From Nanobdellota archaeon (lineage in GTDB: Archaea > Nanobdellota > Nanobdellia > Woesearchaeales > JAGLGH01), in NCBI GenBank assembly GCA_034723595.1, contig JAYEPB010000078.1, positions 9,592 through 73,591 of the forward strand: DNA of 64,000 bases, written 5' to 3'. The notes under the pieces are model-generated. The model was given only the letters and a program-made list of their open reading frames with translations, did no database searches and was not told the origin of the DNA. Numbering within the stretch: the first letter of the stretch is position 1; each line of letters starts with the position of its first letter. This document shows positions 48,639 through 57,612 of the stretch, in pieces. The position numbers and the translations under genes are program-made.

Positions 48639-49220
48639 ATGATAATAGGAGTTGATCTTGATGATACGCTTGCGTCTTGTATAAAATATTTTCTTGATTT
48701 CTATAATGATAAGCATAGCACAGAATTTATAATTGATGATGTGAAGGCTTATGGTCTTTGGGAAATATTTGGCTGTTCAAAAGAGAGTGTGATGGATGAT
48801 ATAGCTGAATTCTATGCTCATCCTGATTTTGATAATATGACTCCAATTGAAGGTTCGGTTCAGGCAATACAAAGGCTTGCGGAAGAGCATGATATTTATG
48901 TAATTACAGCAAGGCCTTCTTATCTGGAAGATAAAATTAGAAATAGGATTGAATCTAATTATGGGTCATGCTTTAGGGATATTATTCTTACTAATCAGGT
49001 GTTTGAGAAAGACGATGCAAGAAAAAAATCAGACATCTGTAATGATCTTGGCGCAAAGTTGATGATTGAGGATAGTGTAAGTCATGCATATGATTGCGTG
49101 TCTGAAGGTATAGATGTCTTTTTGATGGATATGCCCTGGAATCAAAGCTATAACGCAGATGATAAAATAACCAGGGTGTATTCCTGGAAAGATATTGAAA
49201 AAGAAATAAATTTGGGTTAA
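48639..49220 (+). CDS. HAD-family 5'(3')-deoxyribonucleotidase-like protein
   Basis: GVDLDDTL, ITAR, K, IEDS, PWN. Confidence 0.85.
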   Translation: MIIGVDLDDTLASCIKYFLDFYNDKHSTEFIIDDVKAYGLWEIFGCSKESVMDDIAEFYAHPDFDNMTPIEGSVQAIQRLAEEHDIYVITARPSYLEDKIRNRIESNYGSCFRDIILTNQVFEKDDARKKSDICNDLGAKLMIEDSVSHAYDCVSEGIDVFLMDMPWNQSYNADDKITRVYSWKDIEKEINLG

Positions 49221-49222
49221 AT

Positions 49223-49456
49223 CTAAATCCCTAATGCGTTTTTTATGGCTTCTTTGTTAAATCCGATGATGGCTTCTTCATCTATAAGGATTACAGGAAC
49301 TCCCATCTGGCCTGATTTCTCAAGCATCTCGTTCCTTGCTTCTGTGTCTTCTGAAACATCATATTCTTTGAATTCTATATTATTTTCTTTTAAGAAGTCT
49401 TTTGCCATATTGCAGTATGGGCATGTTGGTGTGCTATAAACTTTTACTTCAACCAT
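49223..49456 (-). CDS. Glutaredoxin (NrdH/YruB-like)
   Basis: YSTPTCPYC, GQMGVPVI, GF. Confidence 0.9.
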   Translation of the reverse strand: MVEVKVYSTPTCPYCNMAKDFLKENNIEFKEYDVSEDTEARNEMLEKSGQMGVPVILIDEEAIIGFNKEAIKNALGI

Positions 49457-49508
49457 GATATCACCTCATACTTGATTCATTAAATGATGGAGTATTTAAT
49501 ATTTTGTT

Positions 49509-49865
49509 TTAGCAGCAATATAGTTCCTTCGGCACTTTTCCTTTCTCCACTTTGCCGAATGGATTGCCGTACTTGCGGACATTTTCTATCATCCGCTTGT
49601 TCGCTTCTGTCTCTTTCCCTGATTTGACCAGTTTTTCCCTCTCACCTATAACAGGTATTGCGACATTTGCTGCGCATCTTGCCCTGCAGGCACCGCATAG
49701 TGTACAGTCATAGAAAGTTAAGTCTGGTTCTTCATGCTGATTTATTATGAAAGCCTTGCCTCGAGGGCTGTATTTCTCGTTTTTCAATTGTTCGAATACA
49801 GGGCATGCAGTTCTGCACATCCCGCATTGCACACATCTGTCAACTTTATTGGGTTCTTGGTTCAT
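49509..49865 (-). CDS. 4Fe-4S dicluster protein (GlcF N-terminal-like)
   Basis: CVQCGMCRTACP, SPRGK, CTLCGAC...C, GNPFG. Confidence 0.85.
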   Translation of the reverse strand: MNQEPNKVDRCVQCGMCRTACPVFEQLKNEKYSPRGKAFIINQHEEPDLTFYDCTLCGACRARCAANVAIPVIGEREKLVKSGKETEANKRMIENVRKYGNPFGKVEKGKVPKELYCC

Positions 49866-51054
49866 TTTGATTATCCTTATTGTTGCTGTCAATTAGCTTA
49901 TTTTTATTGAGTATTGCTTCTGGGTCATATTTCTTCTTCAGCATGTGCATTGTCTGCCTGAAATCTTCTTTAACATAGTCCTTTTTTTTCAGGCCAATTC
50001 CATGCTCTCCGCTGACTTCTCCGCCAAGCTCTTCAACAAGCCTGTACATTTCTGGAAGAAGGTCGCCTGTCTTGAAACGAGGGTGCAGAATACCTATGCC
50101 CAGATGGCCAAATGAAGGTATGTCATGCTGTTCAAGCCAGCTTATAAATTGAGGTATGTCTTTTAGAGGTATCTTTGGGTCTTCTTTTATTCCATATCCT
50201 TCTGAAGACAGGACAATGCCTACATTTTCTCTCATCTTCCATGATTCATCTATATCTTTTTCGTCAAATATCTCACCAGTGTCATCGTTGTATTCAACAA
50301 ACAGGTAATAGTATAATGATTTTAGCCCTGCAATCCTAGCAGCAATCTTGTCAATAAATTCAATAGCATTTAGCTTTTCAGGATCAAGCGATTTCACAAC
50401 ATCCATCAGCTCTGGCATTGTTTCAAGCTTGAAGATGTCAAGAGACCGTATTTTTGTAAGTTCAGCAAGATTAAGTTTTGCTTTTATTATTATGCCAGTT
50501 GTGCCTTCCCTTCCGCAGAAATGTTTTATGTTTTTGTCATTTGCTGTCATCACTCTGCCCATGCCGTCAATGATTTCTAAACCCTTTATCCACTCCATAG
50601 TCTTGCCATATCTTATTGCGCGCATCCCTGCAGCATTTGTAGATATCATACCCCCTATTGTGCAAACCTTATGTGATGCAGGTATGACTGGGAAAAAAAG
50701 ATTGTGTTTTGCAAGCTCTTTATTGAGATTGTCAAGGATAACACCTGGCTCTACGATTACTGTTTTTGATTTTGGGTCAATTTTTATTATTTTGTCCATC
50801 TTTGAGAAATCAACAACAATTGAATCCTGCGGCACTGCTGCTCCTGCAAGCCCTGTGCCTGCGCCTCTGGGGGTAATTGTAGAGTCTGTCCTGTGGGCAT
50901 ATCTGATAACTTTATATACATCTTCTTTGCTGGCAGGCCATATGACTGCTGATGCCTTGCCTTCAATCTGTGAGGCATCTACGCTGTAAACTAAAAGATT
51001 AAGTTTCTCATCAGAGGCATTTTTTCCAAATTGTTTATTCAGGAAACTGGTCAT
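49846..51054 (-). CDS. FAD-linked oxidase, GlcD/D-lactate dehydrogenase-like
   Basis: PRGAGTGL, TIGGMISTNAAG, GH...G.LH, SGEHGIG, DP..ILN. Confidence 0.9.
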   Translation of the reverse strand: MTSFLNKQFGKNASDEKLNLLVYSVDASQIEGKASAVIWPASKEDVYKVIRYAHRTDSTITPRGAGTGLAGAAVPQDSIVVDFSKMDKIIKIDPKSKTVIVEPGVILDNLNKELAKHNLFFPVIPASHKVCTIGGMISTNAAGMRAIRYGKTMEWIKGLEIIDGMGRVMTANDKNIKHFCGREGTTGIIIKAKLNLAELTKIRSLDIFKLETMPELMDVVKSLDPEKLNAIEFIDKIAARIAGLKSLYYYLFVEYNDDTGEIFDEKDIDESWKMRENVGIVLSSEGYGIKEDPKIPLKDIPQFISWLEQHDIPSFGHLGIGILHPRFKTGDLLPEMYRLVEELGGEVSGEHGIGLKKKDYVKEDFRQTMHMLKKKYDPEAILNKNKLIDSNNKDNQNEPRTQ

Positions 51055-51815
51055 TCTATTTCTTTGCCTCCTTCATTGGGGGTTTGGCTCTGGATTGCAT
51101 ATTTTCCAATTAAGAGCTGGCTGAATTCAAGCACTTCAATTCCCCTATCTTTTGCATGCTCTTTGAAGTGCGAGTAGCACATAGGGCATGGTGTGACAAG
51201 AGATACTGTCTTGCAAAGTTTCAGCCTTGCCTTTGCTATCTTGTTTGCTAAGTCCGGATTGTGATTCTTCAGCCCTCCTCCTGCGCCGCAGCATAGAGAA
51301 TCATTGTGATTGCATGGAAGTTCTAGTAATTTGAGATTAAGATTTTTTATTATCTTTCTAGGTTCATCAAATATCCTTCCTTTTCTTCCAAGATGGCAGG
51401 GATCATGATATGTTATTTTATTCCCTTCAACATCCTTTGCAAATTTAGGGTCAATCTTGTGGATGTTTTTCACAATAGTCTCAGTGATATGTTCTACATC
51501 AAGCCCGTAATTGTCTTTTAGTATAAGATAGCATGCAGGGCAGCTTGTTATTATTTTTTTAATTCCGTATTTACTGAGAAATATTCTGTTTGATTCCTGT
51601 AGATCTTCAAAATCGCTTTTGTATCCAGCATTAAGCACTGGGCTGCCGCAGCAATTGAATTCAGGTATGAAAATGAAATCTATTTCCATCATCTTTAGAA
51701 GATTCTTATAATTTTCCTCTATATCAGGATAGACAAAATGGGTCAGGCAGCCTGGATAGTATAAGATATTGCCGCCGCTGATAAGCTTTTTAAGTTTTCC
51801 AAATAGTTTTTTCAT
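51051..51815 (-). CDS. CCG-domain Fe-S protein (GlcF/HdrD C-terminal-like)
   Basis: YYPGC, CCGSP, SCPAC, YHDPCHLGR, CCGAGGG, PCPMC. Confidence 0.9.
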   Translation of the reverse strand: MKKLFGKLKKLISGGNILYYPGCLTHFVYPDIEENYKNLLKMMEIDFIFIPEFNCCGSPVLNAGYKSDFEDLQESNRIFLSKYGIKKIITSCPACYLILKDNYGLDVEHITETIVKNIHKIDPKFAKDVEGNKITYHDPCHLGRKGRIFDEPRKIIKNLNLKLLELPCNHNDSLCCGAGGGLKNHNPDLANKIAKARLKLCKTVSLVTPCPMCYSHFKEHAKDRGIEVLEFSQLLIGKYAIQSQTPNEGGKEIE

Positions 51816-52006
51816 CTTAAGAAATTTGGTAAAATTGGAAATATAAAAAGGTTTCTAAAGTGGTCTGATTTTTATCATGTGGGGTAGGGTTTGTTTGGGA
51901 TTTTGATTCTGGGTTTGGTGGAAAATCAAGCCATTGATGAAAAACTTTAATAATAAGATCATTTTATATGCTTTAATGTAAAAAACATTCAAGGGGGATT
52001 AGTAAA

Positions 52007-52393
52007 ATGAGAAACTATAAAATAAGTAAAGGGGCAGCAATTGATTTGCAGGAGTGGGCATTAGAATTTTCAAGTGTAAAAAATGTACTAAAATCATTAC
52101 CTCAAATACCTGATGGTTCTAATAATAAGATTGAAGAAGGATTATATGTTGATTATAGTATAGATGAAGAAGAATTGGATGGGGGGGCAGATTGGCCTGA
52201 TATAGGAGTTGTCACAATCTATGCTGTATTAAATGATCAGAAGATTTATTTTGGTGAGATTAGGGCATATAATCAGGAAATGATCTGGCTTTCAACAAGA
52301 GAAGATGAAGAAGTTGATACTGTAGAAAACTGGTTTGAGTTAATAAAAGAGGATTATGAGGCATTAGTTCAGTCAAAAAATGAAGATAAATGA
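52007..52393 (+). CDS. Acidic hypothetical protein
   Basis: 128-aa ORF with GGGGGA RBS. Confidence 0.65.
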   Translation: MRNYKISKGAAIDLQEWALEFSSVKNVLKSLPQIPDGSNNKIEEGLYVDYSIDEEELDGGADWPDIGVVTIYAVLNDQKIYFGEIRAYNQEMIWLSTREDEEVDTVENWFELIKEDYEALVQSKNEDK

Positions 52394-52405
52394 AAAAATT
52401 AGAAA

Positions 52406-52542
52406 ATCAATTAACAGCTAACTACCTTGAGAATCTCTTCTCCATATTTCATTATCTTTGCTGGTCCAAGACCATGCACATCTTCTAGTTCTGCTAATGT
52501 CATAGGCATCTTCTGGGCGATATCAAGAAGGGTTCTGTCATG
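52406..52542. repeat. 137-bp direct repeat, copy 1 (orphan 3' end of the helicase gene)
   Basis: Matches 54109-54245 with 2 mismatches. Confidence 0.95.
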
Positions 52543-52646
52543 AGATTCATTAGCAGAAACAGAATAAATCAGTATTTCATACTATTATTGTATATATATA
52601 TACAAAAATAGTAACATTTATATAGTTTGCAGTATTCTTGATAACT

Positions 52647-53264
52647 ATGCCATACAATAAAAAAGAAATTAACGCTGAAGTGCTATTTGAATTTATTCAA
52701 TCAATCTCTGGATTTTTTGAAGAGGAAATAGAGATGTATGCACTTGGTGGCACTGCTTTAACAATACTTCATATTAAGCCCTCAACTTTAGATATAGATA
52801 TTAATATTGATAAAATGGAAGAATATAGATATACCTGCAAAATCTTTGAACAGATAGGTTTTGAAAAAAAAGGAGTCTTTCGTTGGCTTAGCCAGGAAGG
52901 TATGGCATTCGATCTATTTTATGGATCTAATATATTAGGTACAGATTTGCTTCCAGATTGCCTTGATAAATCTAAATATATAAGATCTTTTGGTAAGATT
53001 AAACTTTATACCCTTTCAATATATGATATTATCATAAGCAAATTAGCAAGAGGTGACATGAGGGATTTTGATGATCTCAAAAGAGTATTTGAAAAGAAAG
53101 AAATAGACTTGCAAATGCTTATTCAGAGATATAAGGAAACAATGGATATTTCCATAGTTGCAGATTATAAACAAAAATTACTTGATTTGATTGAAATTAA
53201 GTTCAAAGAATGGAAATTTAGTCTTAATAGGGGCATTATAGAGGAGGTTAAGAAATGGGATTAA
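52647..53264 (+). CDS. Nucleotidyltransferase, DUF6036/AbiEii-like
   Basis: ALGGTAL...STLDIDI, DIIISKLARG..RDFDD. Confidence 0.8.
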   Translation: MPYNKKEINAEVLFEFIQSISGFFEEEIEMYALGGTALTILHIKPSTLDIDINIDKMEEYRYTCKIFEQIGFEKKGVFRWLSQEGMAFDLFYGSNILGTDLLPDCLDKSKYIRSFGKIKLYTLSIYDIIISKLARGDMRDFDDLKRVFEKKEIDLQMLIQRYKETMDISIVADYKQKLLDLIEIKFKEWKFSLNRGIIEEVKKWD

Positions 53265-54091
53265 ATATAGAAAATCAACTTGCAGATGCAGGATACAAGA
53301 TGTTGGGAGCAGATGAAAAAAATGAGAAGCTAATCTTATCTATTTTAAATACTTCAAATATTCGTTATCTGAAAGCAATTCCTTTCTTGATATATAATCA
53401 GAATCCTAATTTGAATCATATATATAAAAGAACAAAAAGTAAGAAATTGTTCTGCGCAATCATAAGTATTACCCACAAGATTTTCTCTGAATTTAAAATT
53501 CCAACAATTATACCTATATCTATATTGAGCAGATCTATGTCTCAGGCAGATTATGAACTGAAATTCAAATTGAATTATTCTGAATTTAGAGATGAATTTG
53601 AGATGCAATTGCGAAATGAGCAAAAACCAGAACTTTTGATAAATAAGCAAAAAATATATGCTGAAAGAAATCTGCAGATGTATCTTTCTCAAATATTTAC
53701 TAAAAAAGAAAAGCAGATAATTAAAAGGATATTGGAAGAGAAACCAATAAGCAGAACTGATTATGAGTATTATTCACGCAAAACAAAGAAAAAATTTCAG
53801 AGTATAATTAGTTTGCAAGAATTTGCTCAAACACTCTATGCTTTGGCTCCTAAATATGATGAAAGTCTGTTTAACCTAAAGAAGATGATTGAAAAGTGGC
53901 TTGAAAGCTATCGAAAAACTAAAGATATATCCATAGATAAATATCATATCTTTGATAGTGATAGCTTATTTATTATGTTTAAAGAAGGGAGTTCTCAGCG
54001 ATTGATTAATACTATTGTTAAACTAAAAGAGATTAAGGATAAGGAGATATTAAGACTTCTTGATGTGTATCGAGAGTGTGATTTTAGATGA
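53255..54091 (+). CDS. Hypothetical partner protein (possible antitoxin/regulator)
   Basis: Overlaps the NTase gene; RYLKAIP and TDYEYYSR..KKK motifs. Confidence 0.65.
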   Translation: MGLNIENQLADAGYKMLGADEKNEKLILSILNTSNIRYLKAIPFLIYNQNPNLNHIYKRTKSKKLFCAIISITHKIFSEFKIPTIIPISILSRSMSQADYELKFKLNYSEFRDEFEMQLRNEQKPELLINKQKIYAERNLQMYLSQIFTKKEKQIIKRILEEKPISRTDYEYYSRKTKKKFQSIISLQEFAQTLYALAPKYDESLFNLKKMIEKWLESYRKTKDISIDKYHIFDSDSLFIMFKEGSSQRLINTIVKLKEIKDKEILRLLDVYRECDFR

Positions 54092-54108
54092 TTGAATGAA
54101 AGTTCCAT

Positions 54109-54245
54109 ATCAATTAACAACTAACTACCTTGAGAATCTCTTCTCCATATTTCATTATCTTTGCTGGTCCAAGACCATGCACCTCTTCTAGTTCTGCTAA
54201 TGTCATAGGCATCTTCTGGGCGATATCAAGAAGGGTTCTGTCATG
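54109..54245. repeat. 137-bp direct repeat, copy 2 (functional helicase 3' end)
   Basis: Matches 52406-52542. Confidence 0.95.
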
Positions 54246-56246
54246 CATTATTATATAAGCAGGAGTGCCCATCTCTCTGCTGATTGCGCTTCGCCATTCT
54301 TTGAGCCTTGTTATGACATCACTTGATTTTCCTGAATTTATTTTTCCCAGGTTTGTTTTTGTGTTTGTTGTTGGTTGAACCTTTATCTCTTTCTCTTCAA
54401 TTATTTCCAGCATTGCATCAGTTATAAAATATGTATGTTTGCTGCCAGAATATGTCAGGTATAAGTTGTTTCTTGCCCTGCTCATCGCAACATAAAATAG
54501 TCTCCTTTCCTCTTCTTCCTTGTCGTATTCCTCTGCCTTGACCATGTCTATTACTGGATGCTCGCTGCCTTTGCAGGGAAAATTGATTCCATGACAGCCG
54601 ATTACAAAGACCATTTCTGCTTCCAGTCCTTTAATTGCATGTATTGTTGCAAGAGTTACATCATTTTCTCCAGCCATAATTGTTCTTTTAATCTCATCGC
54701 TTCTGACCACATGCTTTATCCCCCTCAGTTTCATCATCTGCGACAGCTCGTTCAGCTGCCTGTTGGTTCTTGCAAGCACAAATATCTCTTTCCTGGGAAT
54801 ATCTGATGCAATTATGCTCTGTATCACAAATTCAGATTCAGTATCTTCAGAATTAAATTTCAAAAGCTTGATATCCTTATTTCCCTCAAGCGATGATTCA
54901 AGGTCTGCCAGTCCCATGTTTTTTATTGATCTGTTTATCAGCCCAACTATGTGCTTTGTTGACCTGTAATTTTTTGTCAGAGTGATTATGTCGCAGCTAG
55001 GGTATTTTTCTTCAAAGTTCAGTATGTATTTTAGGTCTGAGCCTCTCCAGCCGTATATTGACTGCCTTGGGTCTCCTACGCAGAATAAGTTATCAGGAGA
55101 AAAAATATCTATGAGCTTTATCTGTGTTGAATTGACATCCTGATATTCATCTATAAGTACATGATCAAATTTCTGCACAAGATCTTTGCGTTTTTCAAAA
55201 AGAGATATTGTGTCTATCAGTTGGTCTGCAAAATCTCTAAGCCCATGCTTTTTCATGTATGCTTCAATATAATTGCAGATTCCAAAAACAAGATTTGCGC
55301 TTTTTTCATGTTCAAAGTCAATATCAAAGGATGATGCTTCAATCTTCTGATTCTTGAACTTGAAGTAGTCCCTGATAAAAAAGCAGTCATTCATAAATAT
55401 GTTTGCGAGCTGATCATAAGTTTTGCCGCGTTTCTGGGCATAGTTGAAATAAGTATCAACTGCATTGTTGATATTAATGTTAAGTTTAAACAGAGCTTTG
55501 TTTATCAATTTAATCTTATCTCGATAATTGATGACTCTTACCTGCTTGTCATATACAAGGTCATTATGCTGCCTAAGAATCTTTTCGCAGAATGAATTGA
55601 ATGTCTCAATCATTACATTATCAAGATTTCCTTTTTTTGCTATTCTTTGCATCATTTCCTGTCTTGCTTTTCTTGTGAATGTTATTGCGAGAATCTTCTT
55701 TGGGTCTGCTGACCTGTATTTTACAAGGAATTCAACCCGTTTTGTCAGCACTGTTGTCTTGCCAGAACCTGCTCCTGCTATGCATAATATGTGCTTTTTA
55801 CTGCTGAGGATTGATTTTTTCTGTTCATCATTGAATCTTGACAAAGCATCTCCAAATGCTTCAAACATCTTTTTGTCTTGTTCTGTTATTTCAGTCTTTG
55901 TTTCTTTGAAGTTAAATGATAGTTTTCTTTTGTATAATGAGGGGTTTTCGATTTCAGCTTTGCCTTTTGCGCTAAGTTCCATGACTTTCCAGAATTTGTT
56001 ACTGCTTAAAGAAACCAGTTTTATCATATCATTGAGTCTGAGATTGTCTATCATGTTACCTATTTCTTCTTTATTATAAGCAAGGCTTCCAAAGGTTTCC
56101 AGAAGATGCAACCTGTTCCTGATTATTGATTCATGGCTGTTTTTGCCTTGCAGAAATTCAATCAACAGTTTTTTTCCTACGCCAAAGGGAATTTCTTCTA
56201 ATGCTTTCAATATAAACAGATAATCCAGTTGATTGCTGTCATCCAT
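54114..56246 (-). CDS. UvrD/REP SF1 helicase with N-terminal RQC-like and C-terminal HRDC domains
   Basis: AGAGSGKT, ITFT, DEYQD, GDPRQSIYGWRG, NYRS, TIHAIKGLE, EERRLFYVAMSRA; HRDC LKEWR...PAY.I..DRTL. Confidence 0.9.
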   Translation of the reverse strand: MDDSNQLDYLFILKALEEIPFGVGKKLLIEFLQGKNSHESIIRNRLHLLETFGSLAYNKEEIGNMIDNLRLNDMIKLVSLSSNKFWKVMELSAKGKAEIENPSLYKRKLSFNFKETKTEITEQDKKMFEAFGDALSRFNDEQKKSILSSKKHILCIAGAGSGKTTVLTKRVEFLVKYRSADPKKILAITFTRKARQEMMQRIAKKGNLDNVMIETFNSFCEKILRQHNDLVYDKQVRVINYRDKIKLINKALFKLNININNAVDTYFNYAQKRGKTYDQLANIFMNDCFFIRDYFKFKNQKIEASSFDIDFEHEKSANLVFGICNYIEAYMKKHGLRDFADQLIDTISLFEKRKDLVQKFDHVLIDEYQDVNSTQIKLIDIFSPDNLFCVGDPRQSIYGWRGSDLKYILNFEEKYPSCDIITLTKNYRSTKHIVGLINRSIKNMGLADLESSLEGNKDIKLLKFNSEDTESEFVIQSIIASDIPRKEIFVLARTNRQLNELSQMMKLRGIKHVVRSDEIKRTIMAGENDVTLATIHAIKGLEAEMVFVIGCHGINFPCKGSEHPVIDMVKAEEYDKEEEERRLFYVAMSRARNNLYLTYSGSKHTYFITDAMLEIIEEKEIKVQPTTNTKTNLGKINSGKSSDVITRLKEWRSAISREMGTPAYIIMHDRTLLDIAQKMPMTLAELEEVHGLGPAKIMKYGEEILKVVSC

Positions 56247-56309
56247 AGGAAAAAGGAGAGAGGGATTATTTAAGAATGTTGTGATTTGATTTATGGGTTC
56301 AAAAGATTC

Positions 56310-57176
56310 TTATGGAATTTTTTGAAGGGCTATAATTTTAGTTTTATACTCCTCTGGGACTGTTTGTATCTGTGATAAGTATTCATTCATAAGGTTAGTT
56401 GCGAAGTTTCTTTGTTTAAATGAAAGCTTACTATACTTGATATAAAATACATGTAAATCATTCATTTTTCTAACATGATAATTAACTTTTAATGTTTTCA
56501 CTTCTTCAGAACTCACTGCTGATCTTACTAATTTATGAAACTCATTGAATTCACTTAAACTTTCAACAGTCATTTGCGTGTAAACTGGCTCTCGATTCGA
56601 TGCTATATCTTGAATAAGAAATTTTTCAACGAAAAAATATGCCTTTGCATTAGCTAATTCTATATCTTTGACAAAGTCAGGTAATTTTTTTTGTCTGAAT
56701 TGAGAATTATAAGTCATCATTTTTGGATGTGTTTTTAAGATTATTTTTGCTAAATTATTCTCTCTTTCTGGCTTTATTCTTTTACATTTTTCAGAAGTGC
56801 TGTTAAAATCTCTTCTTCTTGAATAGTATATAGTATTTTTTTCAGATTCACTTAGACTTTGCCATGTTTCTTCTGAAAAAGAATCGTAGATAAAATCTAG
56901 CATTTGATTCATTCTTACAGCTGAATCGTCTTCTATATAATTTTTTAATTCGCCTTTTAATTCAAATAATTCTTCTTTTGTCAAAGCTAGAAGGTCATAT
57001 GTATCACTTGTTTGTAATTTAATAAAACCCATTGCAGTTTTAATTCTTTCCTCAATCTCTTTGTTATTTCTTTTTTCTAATTTATAACGAAGCAATGGCA
57101 TTGGGTTTACTCTGATTGAAGGCAGTATTAATTCAACAGTCTTACTTAGTCTTTTGTACTTTTTATTAATTACCAT
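56310..57176 (-). CDS. Hypothetical protein
   Basis: Long ORF; GAGG RBS before MVINKK. Confidence 0.65.
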   Translation of the reverse strand: MVINKKYKRLSKTVELILPSIRVNPMPLLRYKLEKRNNKEIEERIKTAMGFIKLQTSDTYDLLALTKEELFELKGELKNYIEDDSAVRMNQMLDFIYDSFSEETWQSLSESEKNTIYYSRRRDFNSTSEKCKRIKPERENNLAKIILKTHPKMMTYNSQFRQKKLPDFVKDIELANAKAYFFVEKFLIQDIASNREPVYTQMTVESLSEFNEFHKLVRSAVSSEEVKTLKVNYHVRKMNDLHVFYIKYSKLSFKQRNFATNLMNEYLSQIQTVPEEYKTKIIALQKIP

Positions 57177-57400
57177 TATTATCCTCTTAATGAATCTGTA
57201 ATCTGTGTAAATATAATTTATTATATAAATCTTGCCCTTTTGTAACTCTTTCAGAGTAATCACAGAATCAGAGATTATTGTGGAGGTCTGCAATGTTTGC
57301 TACCAAGATGTATGAATATAGTGTATAGTGCAGGAACATTGTCAGTTGATGTTCTTCATTTTTCTGATTATGCAGTAAATGGAAACTCTAATTAGAAATA

Positions 57401-57408
57401 TTTAAATA
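57401..57408 (+). promoter_or_regulatory. TATA box for the leuA leader transcript
   Basis: GAAATA-TTTAAATA (BRE/TATA-like) starting 30 nt before the leader ATG. Confidence 0.6.
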
Positions 57409-57430
57409 TTAACTATGTTTTCCATAAGTT

Positions 57431-57493
57431 ATGAATAGCAAAATTAGGATAGGTATTGAAATAAGTTTGCTAGCTCTGCTTCTGTTATTATAG
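57431..57493 (+). CDS. Putative Leu-rich leader peptide (20 aa)
   Basis: MNSKIRIGIEISLLALLLLL*; 7 of the last 8 codons are Leu; directly upstream of leuA. Confidence 0.75.
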   Translation: MNSKIRIGIEISLLALLLLL

Positions 57494-57549
57494 ATTAGCT
57501 CTCATTGCTGATCTGGCCAATATCAACTATTAGTTTATGGAGGACAAAA

Positions 57550-57612
57550 ATGAAAAACAAAACGCAAAAAACAATAAACAAAAAACAATTCTGGGGAAAC
57601 AAAAATGGGTAG
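57550..57612 (+). CDS. Second short upstream ORF (20 aa) overlapping the leuA start
   Basis: GGAGG at 57539-57543; MKNKTQKTINKKQFWGNKNG*; stop lies just past the leuA ATG in another frame. Confidence 0.45.
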   Translation: MKNKTQKTINKKQFWGNKNG

